From: Leptogorgia sarmentosa
Taxonomy: Eukaryota
Length of the DNA: 64,000 bases
Assembly (NCBI GenBank): GCA_964658305.1
Contig: OZ210885.1
Location: 16,120,001 to 16,184,000 of the forward strand
Direction: 5' to 3'
Shown here: piece by piece, positions 38,683-49,650 of the stretch
How positions within the stretch are numbered: the stretch's first letter is position 1
Layout of the letters: each line of letters begins with the position of its first letter
Notes under the pieces: generated by a model
The model's database searches: none
What the model saw: only the letters and a program-made list of their open reading frames with translations
Told to the model about the DNA's origin: nothing
Program-made: the position numbers and the translations under genes

Positions 38683-39912
38683 ATGGATGTGGTAGTTGAC
38701 GAGCTTCGTAAAAATGGCATTGATATTGATAAAACAACACTGTCTTATTTTATTAATAAACTGTACTATGACAGTCCCAATGTATATGAGTATTTTTTAA
38801 ATAAACTATCGCATGAAGATTTGTTTATGGCATGGGAACAACTACGTCCCAGTTCGTTTGGTCATGTGATGGCTTTCTTGACCGCAGTACACTTTCAGGA
38901 TCTTAGCGATAAGCAAAAGCGTGATGTGGTACGGCTCACAGTTCCAGTTTTGGAAAACATTGACTTATCGAAGTACAAAAGAGAGAAAGAATATATTTGG
39001 GATAAATATACAGGGTGTCTCAAAAAAAACGCAATCCTACGTTCAAATGCAATTTTCATAACGAAAAGAAATAGAAAATAGGCTATATTTACCACCGTTA
39101 GAAAGCTCTATCATTCCGCTTTCTTAAGACTGCTTGGAAATGAGCGAGTAATGTTTTTTTTAGTATGTGTGATTGGACAATTTAAAATTTGAGATAGCTT
39201 GAATTTTATTAAAAATTTAACTTAGTTGGTTACAATCATTCGACGTGGCCGGCATTTCTCAGCACACACAAATCACTTCGACGTTGCATTTCCCGTGCAA
39301 CTCTTCTTATTAGTTCATGATTTCCATGTAAAGCATCTGCTTCAAGCTGTATCTGCCGGTATTTACGTACGTTACGCCAAACGGTCGTCGAATTTGGGAC
39401 TTGTCGATCCGGGAAAGCTATTCGAAACAATCTTAAAACTTCCTGAATACTTTTTGTTACCAAGTAACCTTCAACAATAAAGTTCTTTCTGCTGTAGTGA
39501 GCTGTAGCATGATGCCTAAGACTTTAAAATTATTTCGCGAAAATATTTCAAACAAAATATTCGCATGTAACGATAACGTCCCCTTCGGAATTAAGAACGT
39601 CGAATTTGAAGCATCTAAAAATGACTGCTTGCAGTAAATCACTTATTTTGAAGTCCTAAATGGCCTAAAAAGTCACAATCGACCACTTATTGAGTAGAAA
39701 AACGATGGGGCTAAAACATGAACTAAAAGTTAAGACATGGAAATCTATATTATTTTGGTTATAAAGCCTTAAACTTGGATTGTGCTTTTTTTGATACACC
39801 CTGTACACTAGTACGAAATACCATACACCGCTATGTATGTCGTCGCATGGACCCTGTACTATGCTACTGTTACATTAACGGAAATGTTATTGGTCTGATA
39901 GTAAAAAGATAG
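38683..39912 (+). pseudogene. Polinton hypothetical helical protein interrupted by the Tc1/mariner derivative
   Basis: The ORF from 38683 runs into the TA target site at 39009 and reopens after 39805. Confidence 0.5.
39011..39803 (-). mobile_element. Non-autonomous Tc1/mariner-superfamily deletion derivative
   Basis: TA|CAGGGTGT..ACACCCTG|TA ends with ~27-bp imperfect TIRs. The remnant fuses the transposase HTH N-terminus (F...FPDR..P...TV) to its C-terminus (RR...C....AGHVE). Confidence 0.88.
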
Positions 39913-40032
39913 AAAATATGGGAAAGAGTGCAAATTACTGCACGTTATTTGTACTATAAAATACGATACCATAACGGATTTGGGATATAAGAAACGTATA
40001 TACATTTTGAACTGCTATTTACACATTGACGT

Positions 40033-40195
40033 GATGGATGTAAGGTTCAAAGTACCAGCTAATTTTTACGTGTCGGGACAAAGTCAAAGTGGAAAATCAT
40101 TTTTGGTTCGTAAATTACTACAACATTTAAACAAATTATTTAACCCTGTTTCTACAAAGATCATTTATTGTTATGGGGAGTATCAGAATTTTTGA
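40033..40195 (+). pseudogene. Packaging ATPase N-terminal fragment
   Basis: MDVRFKVPANFYVSGQSQSGKS (Walker A) ...IIYCYG, then truncated. Confidence 0.8.
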
Positions 40196-40230
40196 ATTAC
40201 ATTCCAAGGCACGCTCAATTTGTTGTGTAT

Positions 40231-41424
40231 TCATGACAACATGTCATACATTACATTCCTGTCACCATCAATCTGTATAATATTTTCAAAATCTCCGTAG
40301 CATATCAAAGCAAGAGCAGCGGTTGGTGCCGTGGCAAACGTGATGTCAATTGTCAGCGAACCGTGCTGCACTGCATTAAAATAGGGAGAGAAACTACACA
40401 TGTCGGGGGTTAGATCAAAGGCATAGAGGGTGTACCCTTTTGGGTAATCTTCTCGGGATAAATCAAGTCCAATGTTGTAATACATCTTTCCAGTACCAGA
40501 GAACAGAGTACCAAATGCTTGCGTGAAATTTTCTTTGTTGTTTTCGTAATTCAGATTGAATTGTTTGAAGGGTAACTCTTCTCCGTTTACTGTAAGTGTT
40601 ATCGACGTTACATCGTAATTTTTGAAATTAAACGGGTTTTTCTCATAGTTTCCATTGTAAGCCGTAGCTTCCACAAGACCACATACAAATGTTTTTGGTA
40701 TGGTTCCCGTGAAAATATTATCATTTCTTATGGATGGAACGTTTCCAGGTACAACAAACGCCTTACATTCAACACGACGCATAGGGTAAATGGCCGGTAC
40801 CCTCTTTAGTGCGGTTGCATGAGCTGCTCAAACCGCTTGGCTCACTTTGACTTTACGTACTTTAAAGATAACATCGGTTAACTTCACTTTTGCATTTATA
40901 GGGGTGCTGTTTTTGTCAATCAGACAAAACTGATCGGCGCTTCGGTTGAGAATCAATTTAACATTCACCTTATCCAATAAGAGACGATTACTCATAAACG
41001 CGTCAACAAAAAGGGGTCCCTCCATAGTGAGAACCTTTCCATCTCGTATGAACTGGTGTGTTTTGGCGAAACCTTGATTTCCGCTTCCTGGTACAATAAT
41101 TTTTTGAGTCTTGGTTTCCAAGGCGCCAGTGTTCTTATGATTTTGTGCTTTGGTGTAGGTAATTGTTTTCTCTGAGGGAAGACTTCTTGCATTATCCATT
41201 TCTCCAGGGGTATCTTTGTAGTATAGTGCAGACGTAAACTGTGATTGTTTGGCGGAAACATCATAATTCAACAATGTTTCAAAATAGGCACGGTAGGGGT
41301 AGGTTCCAATGGCAGGTGTTACTTGTTTCCCATTCAGGTACACATCCACTTGTTTGAACGCGGTGTGTAAAAAATTGTTGGCTGGGGCAATACTCACTTG
41401 CTCATTACCGTCTAAATCTCTCCC
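40231..41424 (-). pseudogene. Polinton major capsid protein (hexon-like), N-terminus lost, one in-frame stop at 40828
   Basis: NNFLHTAFKQVDV.LN..., YPYRAYFETLL, G.Y.KNPFNFK and GYTLYAFDL motifs. Confidence 0.88.
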
Positions 41425-41502
41425 ACGCTGCACACCTGTATATAAACTCCTGCATTTTGAGAATTGTCTTGCACTTTCAAATTCAGTAACATTGTAACAA
41501 GC

Positions 41503-44500
41503 ATGTCTTCCAGCACAAAGAGAGCAAAAAGGGGTAAGTTTTGCGTTTGTGGAGGTCCCGGATTGCGCAGTTGCACAAATACGTACCATCTAGAAGGAAT
41601 ATCAATGCACAAGTTTCCTGAAAACGACGAACAACGAAAACTATGGACAAAATTTGTCCAAAGACATCGGCCAGATTTTTTCCCAAGTAACTCATCTGTG
41701 ATATGCTCGGCCCATTTTGAGAAATCGTGTTTTGCAACAAGGTATCAACTTGGGGTACCTGATGAGCTGAAACCAAAAGCAAGATACCTGATTAAAGGTT
41801 CAATCCAACTAAGGACACGGTTATCCTAGACGAAATGCCAAGTACTTCACGTGCAAAGAGGAGGGTGAGCACTAGCTGTAATTGTTTGGGTATTCATAAC
41901 TATCATTCCCGTTTGGCACAGTGGCCTAATTTTGTCCTTTGAGAGCTGAACAAGTATATTGCAACAGTATTTTTTCAATTCTTCTTATAGATTATACGTG
42001 ACCAGTTATCACCAGTATCGAGTAACTTCAATCGGAAAATGGACGAATCGATATCAGTAAGTTCAAACAAAGCCGTTGAAGTTGGTGAAGAGGATGATAA
42101 CGCAGATGATGAAGATGAAAACGCAGTTTGCGACAGTTTGCCTGGGTTTGATGTCAGCCAAATGGAAGAGAGTTTCATGTCACTGGAGTCACTGGACGCT
42201 CCTGGATCCCCTTCTTCCTCAGGTGGCCAGACAGAAAAAGACACAATTGAATACCTAAAGAAGATCCGGTCAAACCAAAAACAGCGCCTCTTAGGTAGAA
42301 ATAGGCGAATAATGGAGTTAAAAAAAGAAAATCGAAACCTAAAAAAGGTTGTGTAGTGCGTTACATTTTTGAATAGAGTTATGTTATTATTTCAGAAGCA
42401 ACAGTACATTTCGAGAATATTTCCTAAACTGATTTATCATTGTTTTTTTAGATTGTCGAATCCATGCAACAGGTGTCTTCCAATTCATCTGCAGAAGAGA
42501 GTGAGAGTGAAAAAGAAGACGGTACAGGTAAAGACATTGGTATCTTGGAGGAGGCTTGGGATAACGAAGATGAATCACCAGTTTTGCAAGACGATTTGCT
42601 GAATGCGACGAAAGATCCGGACTGGAATGCCAATATGGAAGATGGAGAAAGCGACTCATTGGATGATGACGAGCTGAATGAAAGAGACGTAGAGGACGAC
42701 ACATCACATGATGCAAGGTAGATCTTCTTCTTTCTATCCCCACATATCATTAACTGCATACTTCCTGAAAACGTCACCAAAAAATCTGGAAAGATATTGA
42801 GGTCTGTTTTTAAAATTTATTACTTTTGCTCTTTTAGATTCGCTGACAGTGAACCAAAATTCATTGTGTTCTACAGCATGTTGGTTTCACTGTTTTCATT
42901 GTTCTGCTTTCGTTGCAAGGCAGGATCACCAAGGGTAAATGTGAAAGTTCACGGAACGATGGCGATAGTGGAACAAACATGTAAATCGTGCAGAGGCTCT
43001 TACACGTGGAGAAGCCAACCACTGGTTTTGGGAAAGTACCCTGCTGGCAATATTTTGTTGAGTTTTGCAACACTGATGTCTGGGTCTTCGATCAGCAAAG
43101 TTTTGTTGCTATTTAGGCACCTAGGCCTCAAAATCTACTGTGCAAGGACGTTTTTTTATCATCAGAGAAAGTTCATGTTTCTTTTGATACTTAAATATTG
43201 GGAAAAATCTCGAGCTGCGTTAATTAATCAGCTACAGGGAATAGAAGAGAGTGTTTGGGCTGGAGATGGAAGATTTGACAGCATGGGCCATAGTGCAAAA
43301 TATGGATGCTACACAATGTTGAACTGTAACTTGACAAAACTTGTGCATTTTGAGTTACTTCAGGTAGACTAGAGTTAATTTACAAAAATATAACAACATC
43401 CAAAGGAACCAAGTAAATGCTTCTTTCATGCACTTGCGTCTTGTTTTCATTGATTATGACTGTGATTAACAACGATTTTCTGTTTGCAGGCAAATGAAGT
43501 TGGAAGCAGCAATAAAATGGAGTTGGAAGGTGCTAAATGGTCGTTTAGTATAATAAAAGATATCGAAAAGCTTCCAATCAAGACGTTTGTTTCCGATCGT
43601 CATCGTGGAATAGGTAAGTGGATGAGAACCACGCAAAAAGACACCACTCACTACTATGACATATGGCACCAAGCAAAATCAACTGTGAAGAAAGTTTTGA
43701 AAGCAAGCAAAGAAAAAGGCTGTGAAATACTTGCAGAGTGGACAAAATCTATCAGGAATCATTTATACTGGTGTGCTACATCTTCGAGAGCTGGGTTTTC
43801 ATCACTTATAGAAGCAAAGTGGCTGTCATTTATGAGGCATGTGAATAATGAGCACGATGGACATCCAAATGCACTGTATGAGAAGTGTCATCATGCTGAA
43901 ATAACTGAAGCTAAGAAGTTGATCAAAGTTGGTTAGTCATACTCCTATTTCGAAAATTGGTGTGAAGGAATTGATAATTAACTAATTCATAATTGTATTC
44001 TTTCAATTTACCCTCATATTTAAAGGATCGAAACCCTATCAGAAGCTAAAAAATACACTAACAAAGAAGACTCTTGTGAATGATGTCAGAAAACTTTCAC
44101 CTGTGGTCCAAACAAGCTCCTTGGAGGGGTTCCACTCAGTGTTAAATCATTGGCATCCCAAAATGATATGCTTTTCATGGTTAGGGACATACTGCAGGTC
44201 AGCACTGCAAGCTACTGTTAGTTAGAAACCTTGTAACATATTATTTTGCTAAACATAAAGGATTGGTCATTGTTTATCTTTAGACACATCCTAGCATGCT
44301 TGCACTTTAATGAGAATGTCCATAGGGAGACAAAAACATCAAGGAAAGGGACTCCATATGTACGAGTAACCTACCCAAAGTTTAAACTAGGGGAAGAAAT
44401 GGTCAGAGAAATTGCTGTTCCAGCAACTTATGGTATGTAAAGAGCATGTTATGAATATGCAGTACTGTTACATTCATGTTTAGACTAATTTTATTTATTA

Positions 44501-44936
44501 CACTGTCTAGGTTATGTTGATGAAATGCGTCAAGAACTTCTGCATCATTGCAATAAGGCAGACCTAAAGAAAATATATGATAGGTACAAGGCCAAGGAAC
44601 CAGATTCACTTACAAGCAAATTCTCTGATCACAGAACTAAGGAGGAAGCTGTGAGCAATTAGGCACAAAGAAAGAGGAAAATAACCAAACTATTTTCTCC
44701 AGGTAAATCATATACAGTGTGGGTCATTGGACTTATTGTTTGTTTCACATAAATAACAAAGTGTAAACCTTATGTAGTTGAAACTCAAGACAGCTTGATG
44801 GCAACACAAAAAGAAGGCGATTCAAGCATACAGAATAAGAGGCGTAAGGCACCATGCTGCAAAAAGTGTGGGGAGGTAATGAAGGGACACCAAAAGGGCA
44901 ATTGTCAAGCAAATACAACCAGTCAACAAAATGATT
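41503..44936 (+). pseudogene. Kolobok THAP-DDE transposase, multi-exon
   Basis: THAP domain (C..C...HKFP...W...ICSAHF), GDGRFDSMGHSAKYG.YT, SDRH, DIWH, IRNHLYW and TSSLEGFHS. GT-AG introns; frameshift and stops. Confidence 0.85.
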
Positions 44937-45034
44937 AACCAATTAAGATAATATGTACATACATAATTTGTTTGAAATGAAAATCAGAATATAAGTAATA
45001 AAGGTCATATATACACAGGATAATCTGTATACAC

Positions 45035-45954
45035 CTTTCATTGTCTCTGATGCGATGACTTATACCCTGTTGTGCTTTCGGAAGAATACCTCTTCCTTAT
45101 TTCATTATATAGGCATGCTGGAAGGGGTCTAGAGTTCTCCCAACCAAGCATGCCAAATATCCACCTCACGATCCAGCGATACGCAACTGCACGGAGGTAC
45201 CTAAACATATCGAGTTGTTAGTATTGTGATAAGTGCGCACTATTATGGTAATTACACACACTTTGACAATACACTTTGCTTATGCTATTTCAGTCTAACC
45301 ACATAGTCATAGACTCATTGAACATACAACGTTTTGCGATTATTGCAAATATATGGAAAATGCTGATAAATAATAAAAGCAGGACAGTGAAATTAGTTAG
45401 ACTTACTCGTTCAGTGCCTCTCCAATTCTGCCAGTAGGCTTCGCATATTTTTTCCCTGTCTTGTCAGACAGAAGGGCTCCCGCAGTCTCCAACACCGTTC
45501 GATGCGTCATAATAGGGTAGTCCCAGTGCTGCGTAATACATTCAGCGTCTTTTCCTTCGAATGTGAATTTCCCCATACATTCGAGGATCTCTTTGCAGCA
45601 CCGGTACTCCCTTGCGTCGACCAACAAAGCATCACTGCAATGCCCGCATGTGCACCTAAAATTATTTCACATTTACAGGTTAATAAACGATATCAAATAT
45701 ACTCCACGAACGCTTCGATTTAACCACTTAGTTAAAATTACTTACCATGAATTAACAGGTATAGTTTTGTTAAATCGCGCCTCAAGAGTCTCTCTTAAAA
45801 TGCCGTCTTCGTCTGTCTCGTCTTCCTCGTAGTCGCTGCCAGCAACTGGCTCAAACTGATAAGGTTGTACAACAGACGATTGCTCAACCACATCTTCGTT
45901 ATCCGTAGATTGTTCTGTATCTGTTTGTGATTGAAGGCTTTCGCTATCGGACAT
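45035..45954 (-). CDS. KolX-like Cys-rich accessory protein (resembles the P2X7 C-terminal domain), 3 exons
   Basis: QPYQFEP, W|C.CGHC..M.....YRCC, CITQH, and AYR.....IFG.LG..N.RPLPAC. Confidence 0.75.
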
Positions 45955-46549
45955 TTTCCGCGTTTAGTAGAAGAAGAAATATACAGGCTAATGTCTAGTT
46001 ACCAATGCTATTTTGTTGTTTTTATTATGTATCTGAATTCAATGTGTCACACTGCATACGTCACAAGGGTGTAATTTTCGGTACCAGTCCATCATCAGGT
46101 AACATGTCTTATAGCCCAACTTTGAACGTAAAATTCACAAACTTCTAGTTCGAATTTTTCAACAAGATTGGTATCAATATGCTCGCGGAAGATGAAATTT
46201 TCAGATTATGCAAAAAAAAATTTTTCGAAATTTTCATTTCATATACACTTTAACCAAATATATCCTTTGCTGGTAAAGACCTTCTTTGCTGTAGACGTCA
46301 TTGCTCTTGGAAACACAGCACCTATAGCTTTACCATTTCTACGTACACCTCTTCTTTTTTTACGATCTCCTGTAGTGCTCCGAGTTCTCTTTCTTCTTTT
46401 CGTTTGAGACTTTTTTTGCTTTTTTCTTTTTCTAGGTGGTGATTGTGATCTTGGCGTTTTACACCCGCTGGCTTAAAGGGCAATACCGCCGTTGGTGCCT
46501 GCAATACCGCTACTGGTTTGGGTTTAGGTTTGGAGGGTGCTTTCAATGC

Positions 46550-47210
46550 ATCTTCGAATGATTTTATACGAACAGGTACGTAGTGTAGGTTTTTGGTAGA
46601 GTACGTCGTTTCACGTTTTCCTTTTCCTTCATCCCAAACAGTATCCAATAACAGAACAGTTTGGTTTCCAACAATTTGCTGTTGAACAACATCGCGGTAA
46701 ACGTAAATATTTGTTTCGCGGTGTAAATTTGCTTCATGATTTCCTGTTTCCGTGGTAGTAATCTTTTTAACAATAGCGGAATCATCAAACGTAAGAAAAC
46801 CAAGAATAATAGCCTGTTCTTTTCGTAAATGAACTTCGCACCCATTCTCTAATGTAACAGTAACTTTTCCAATGTGAATAGAAAACGTAATTTTCCCCTT
46901 ATCCCTCTTCAGGTATAGATGCATTGACATCTGCAACATATTCTTTAACGGTTGTATAGTAATCCTTTAATGGTGATCCTATTTTTTTGGTACCGTTTAC
47001 CACATAATGTATGGATTCCCCACTTAATTCTATGGTATTCCATTTTACGTAGGATATGGAATGTAACGCCGCTTCCCACTCGCCATTTAGCTGAATACGG
47101 CGGGATAACTTTGTCATATAGTCTGATGCGATATTATTAGGAAAAGAGTCTGCAGACGTGTTACTTGGTAGCGTAATGTAAAAATCAGAAGCATTTTCCG
47201 TAGTGCTCAT
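46550..47210 (-). pseudogene. Polinton minor capsid (penton-like) protein, frameshifted and 3'-truncated
   Basis: FYITLPSN.S...FP.N.......L...I.L.GEWE.AL..ISY; IYVY.DVV..QIVG; LHYVPV. Confidence 0.7.
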
Positions 47211-47264
47211 GATTAAAACGTCACATCACAAATCATAAAAACACACACAAAAATTGCTTTTTAA

Positions 47265-48329
47265 ATATTTTTTAATTGAGAAGCAGGTATCCATGAATTA
47301 AATTTCGATGGATATCATAACCATTTTACAAAGTATTGCTCATTCTTTCCTTTACCTTTCTTTTTTAAAACCTCTTCCACTTCATACACATCTTCCTTAA
47401 TAACTTTTTGTAATTCCTCTGTAAAATGTACCGTCAAGTTCCTCTTGATCATAGTCTTTTAGCTTATACACTGGTGGATATTGAGGTATTTGCTTGCTTA
47501 CGGTAAAAATTTCTTTTGAAAAATTAGGAAGATACCCCTTTTAAACTTATGCTTCATTTTACTTATTCGTACCTGATCGCCTATAAAGAACTTATACTTT
47601 ACTCTTTTCTTACGTGATGGGCGATCACCGTATAGGGTGTGCCATACTTCTTGCTCATTTTCTATAGTGACATTTACAGGTTTTTTCTTAATGCTACGAT
47701 GTTTGCTATGATTATATGAGTACGCTAATTTATCCAACATGTCAATGTACCTACGTGTTTTCTTAGCTGTAAAAGCGCCACATTTTTGTTTTTAAAGTAC
47801 GAATGAGGTGCTCCACAACTGATGCTTTTGTTTCATTGTAAGTATTGTAAAGTTGTATGTCTTCTTGTTTCATCAATGCCTTAAAGGGTCTATTGAAAAA
47901 TTCTGTTCCCTGATCCGTTTGAATTTTCTGCGGTTTTCGTCCCGATTCCAAAATCACTTTAAAAGCCTCTGCCAAAGCAGGACCTGTTTTATTTTTTAAG
48001 GGTATAATCCACGCAAATTTTGAGAATACATCAATGCATACGAGCAGGTACCGATATCCGTCATTTTCGCCCGCTAAAGGTTGCATGTCAGCTAAATCCA
48101 TCTGCCATAACTTGTCAATACCTCCGACAATGACACGATTCTGTTTGAACCTACATCGTGCAGGTTTATGTAATGTGTAAGTATCTTGACTCATTAACCA
48201 TTTTCTAATTTTACCTCGTGATATGTCAAACTTTCCATCCTTTTTTACGTCATTGTATAATCGCTCTACCCCACCGTATCCCCCGGATCGTTTTGGGTTA
48301 TAGTAAACACTAGATAAGTATGCGTCCAT
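47265..48329 (-). pseudogene. Polinton retroviral-type integrase with C-terminal chromodomain
   Basis: YTLHKP, WQMDL (D), TDQGTEF (D), VEHLIRTLK (E), YNHSKH, and YEVEEV..YFVKW..Y...FNSWI. Frameshifted. Confidence 0.92.
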
Positions 48330-48360
48330 CACTTTTTCCAAAATGAGAAAGCATAAAATG

Positions 48361-48588
48361 TTAGTCTTCTTTTATTCCTATGGTAATGTTATCGGCCTCC
48401 TCCTCAATGGTAGGTAATTTGTCTTTAACAGGTAAATACTTTTTTCTTGTTTTTCTGTGATACTCAGTCTTGAGACAACCCTCAACATTTGTATCCCCCC
48501 GACGCATAGTCACCCCCAATTTACACAAATGTTTTTTATCAATATCTTCATTTAATCGCTTTTTTCTCTTACTACCGGTGCTACCCAT
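48361..48588 (-). CDS. Small basic protein with an MGxxxS N-terminus
   Basis: 75-aa ORF starting MGSTGSKRKKR directly upstream of the integrase. Confidence 0.45.
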   Translation of the reverse strand: MGSTGSKRKKRLNEDIDKKHLCKLGVTMRRGDTNVEGCLKTEYHRKTRKKYLPVKDKLPTIEEEADNITIGIKED

Positions 48589-48650
48589 GTTTACTGTATG
48601 AATAAACAACTTCATTTAAAAAATAGTTTCACATGCCTTTCGCTTAAGTA

Positions 48651-49533
48651 TCATTTTACATGAATATTTATCATGTACGCATAAAATCCAAGATAATCGT
48701 TATGTTGCAAAATATATCCATGTTCAAGACACGCATCCCATATTTTCTTAATAATCGATCTGTTTGTAATTATATCATATCGTTCGATTTCCATTTTCAT
48801 CTCATACATTTCTTCCGCCGAGATTTCCGTACACAGTTTAGAGTAAAAGTCTGACATATAAACATTGACACGTGCTAGGGGGTGTGTGTTTCGAGACCCT
48901 CGAAAGTCCAACTCAGCAGTCATCGTTAGAATGATCATTCACACTAAAAATCCTTTTTTATCAAGAGGTTAGCGTTATCCTGTTTACTTGACATTCTAAA
49001 TAATCATTACGATGTGAAATATAACCATGTTCGATGCAAGCATCCCAGATTTTCTTAATAATTGGTTTGTACACAATAACGCCGTCAGCGATTTGAATTT
49101 TCATTTCATTCATTTCTTTATCCGTGATTCCTGCACACAATTCGCTGTAAAACTTCCGTGCGTAAATATTGACACGTAGCAAGCTACGTCGATTATGAAA
49201 AAAGTCCAGTTCAACTATCGTCATTGTAACAAATGATCTTCTATACTAAAACAGTTTTACTTATATCAAAACTTAAATCCTGATTATCAGCTTGTCCGGC
49301 CAAATATCACAAGCTCGTGAAATGTATCCATGTTTAAAACAACCGTTCCAGATTTTCTTAACAATTGACTTGCTTGTATATATCACGTCCTCTGTCTCCT
49401 CATCCACTGTATACGCTCCAACAAATTCTTCACCTGGGATTCTCTCACACACTTTACACCCAAAATTTAATGAACACATATTGATACTCAACACAATTTG
49501 TCCTTCGGAATAAAAGTCCAAGTCAATTGTCAT
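48651..49533 (-). CDS. Three tandem paralogous small ORFs (48651-48938, 48961-49224, 49273-49533)
   Basis: All share MT..LDF, [VI]N...F...[LV]C..I and I[IV]KKIW..C..HGYI. Confidence 0.75.
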
Positions 49534-49650
49534 TGTGACGATCTGTAACGAAATGATTAACTATACTAAAAACAGTTTTACTTATACCAAAAAATCACAG
49601 AATAAAAGCACACATTTTCATAACACTCCCTTATTTACATTCCATTCGCA

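Larger units (their letters stand above)
41425..46249. mobile_element. Kolobok-type DNA transposon nested in the Polinton; left end lost
   Basis: The right end ..CATATACACT|TTAA gives a TTAA target at 46250-46253. THAP plus DDE gene on +, KolX-like gene on -. Confidence 0.8.
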
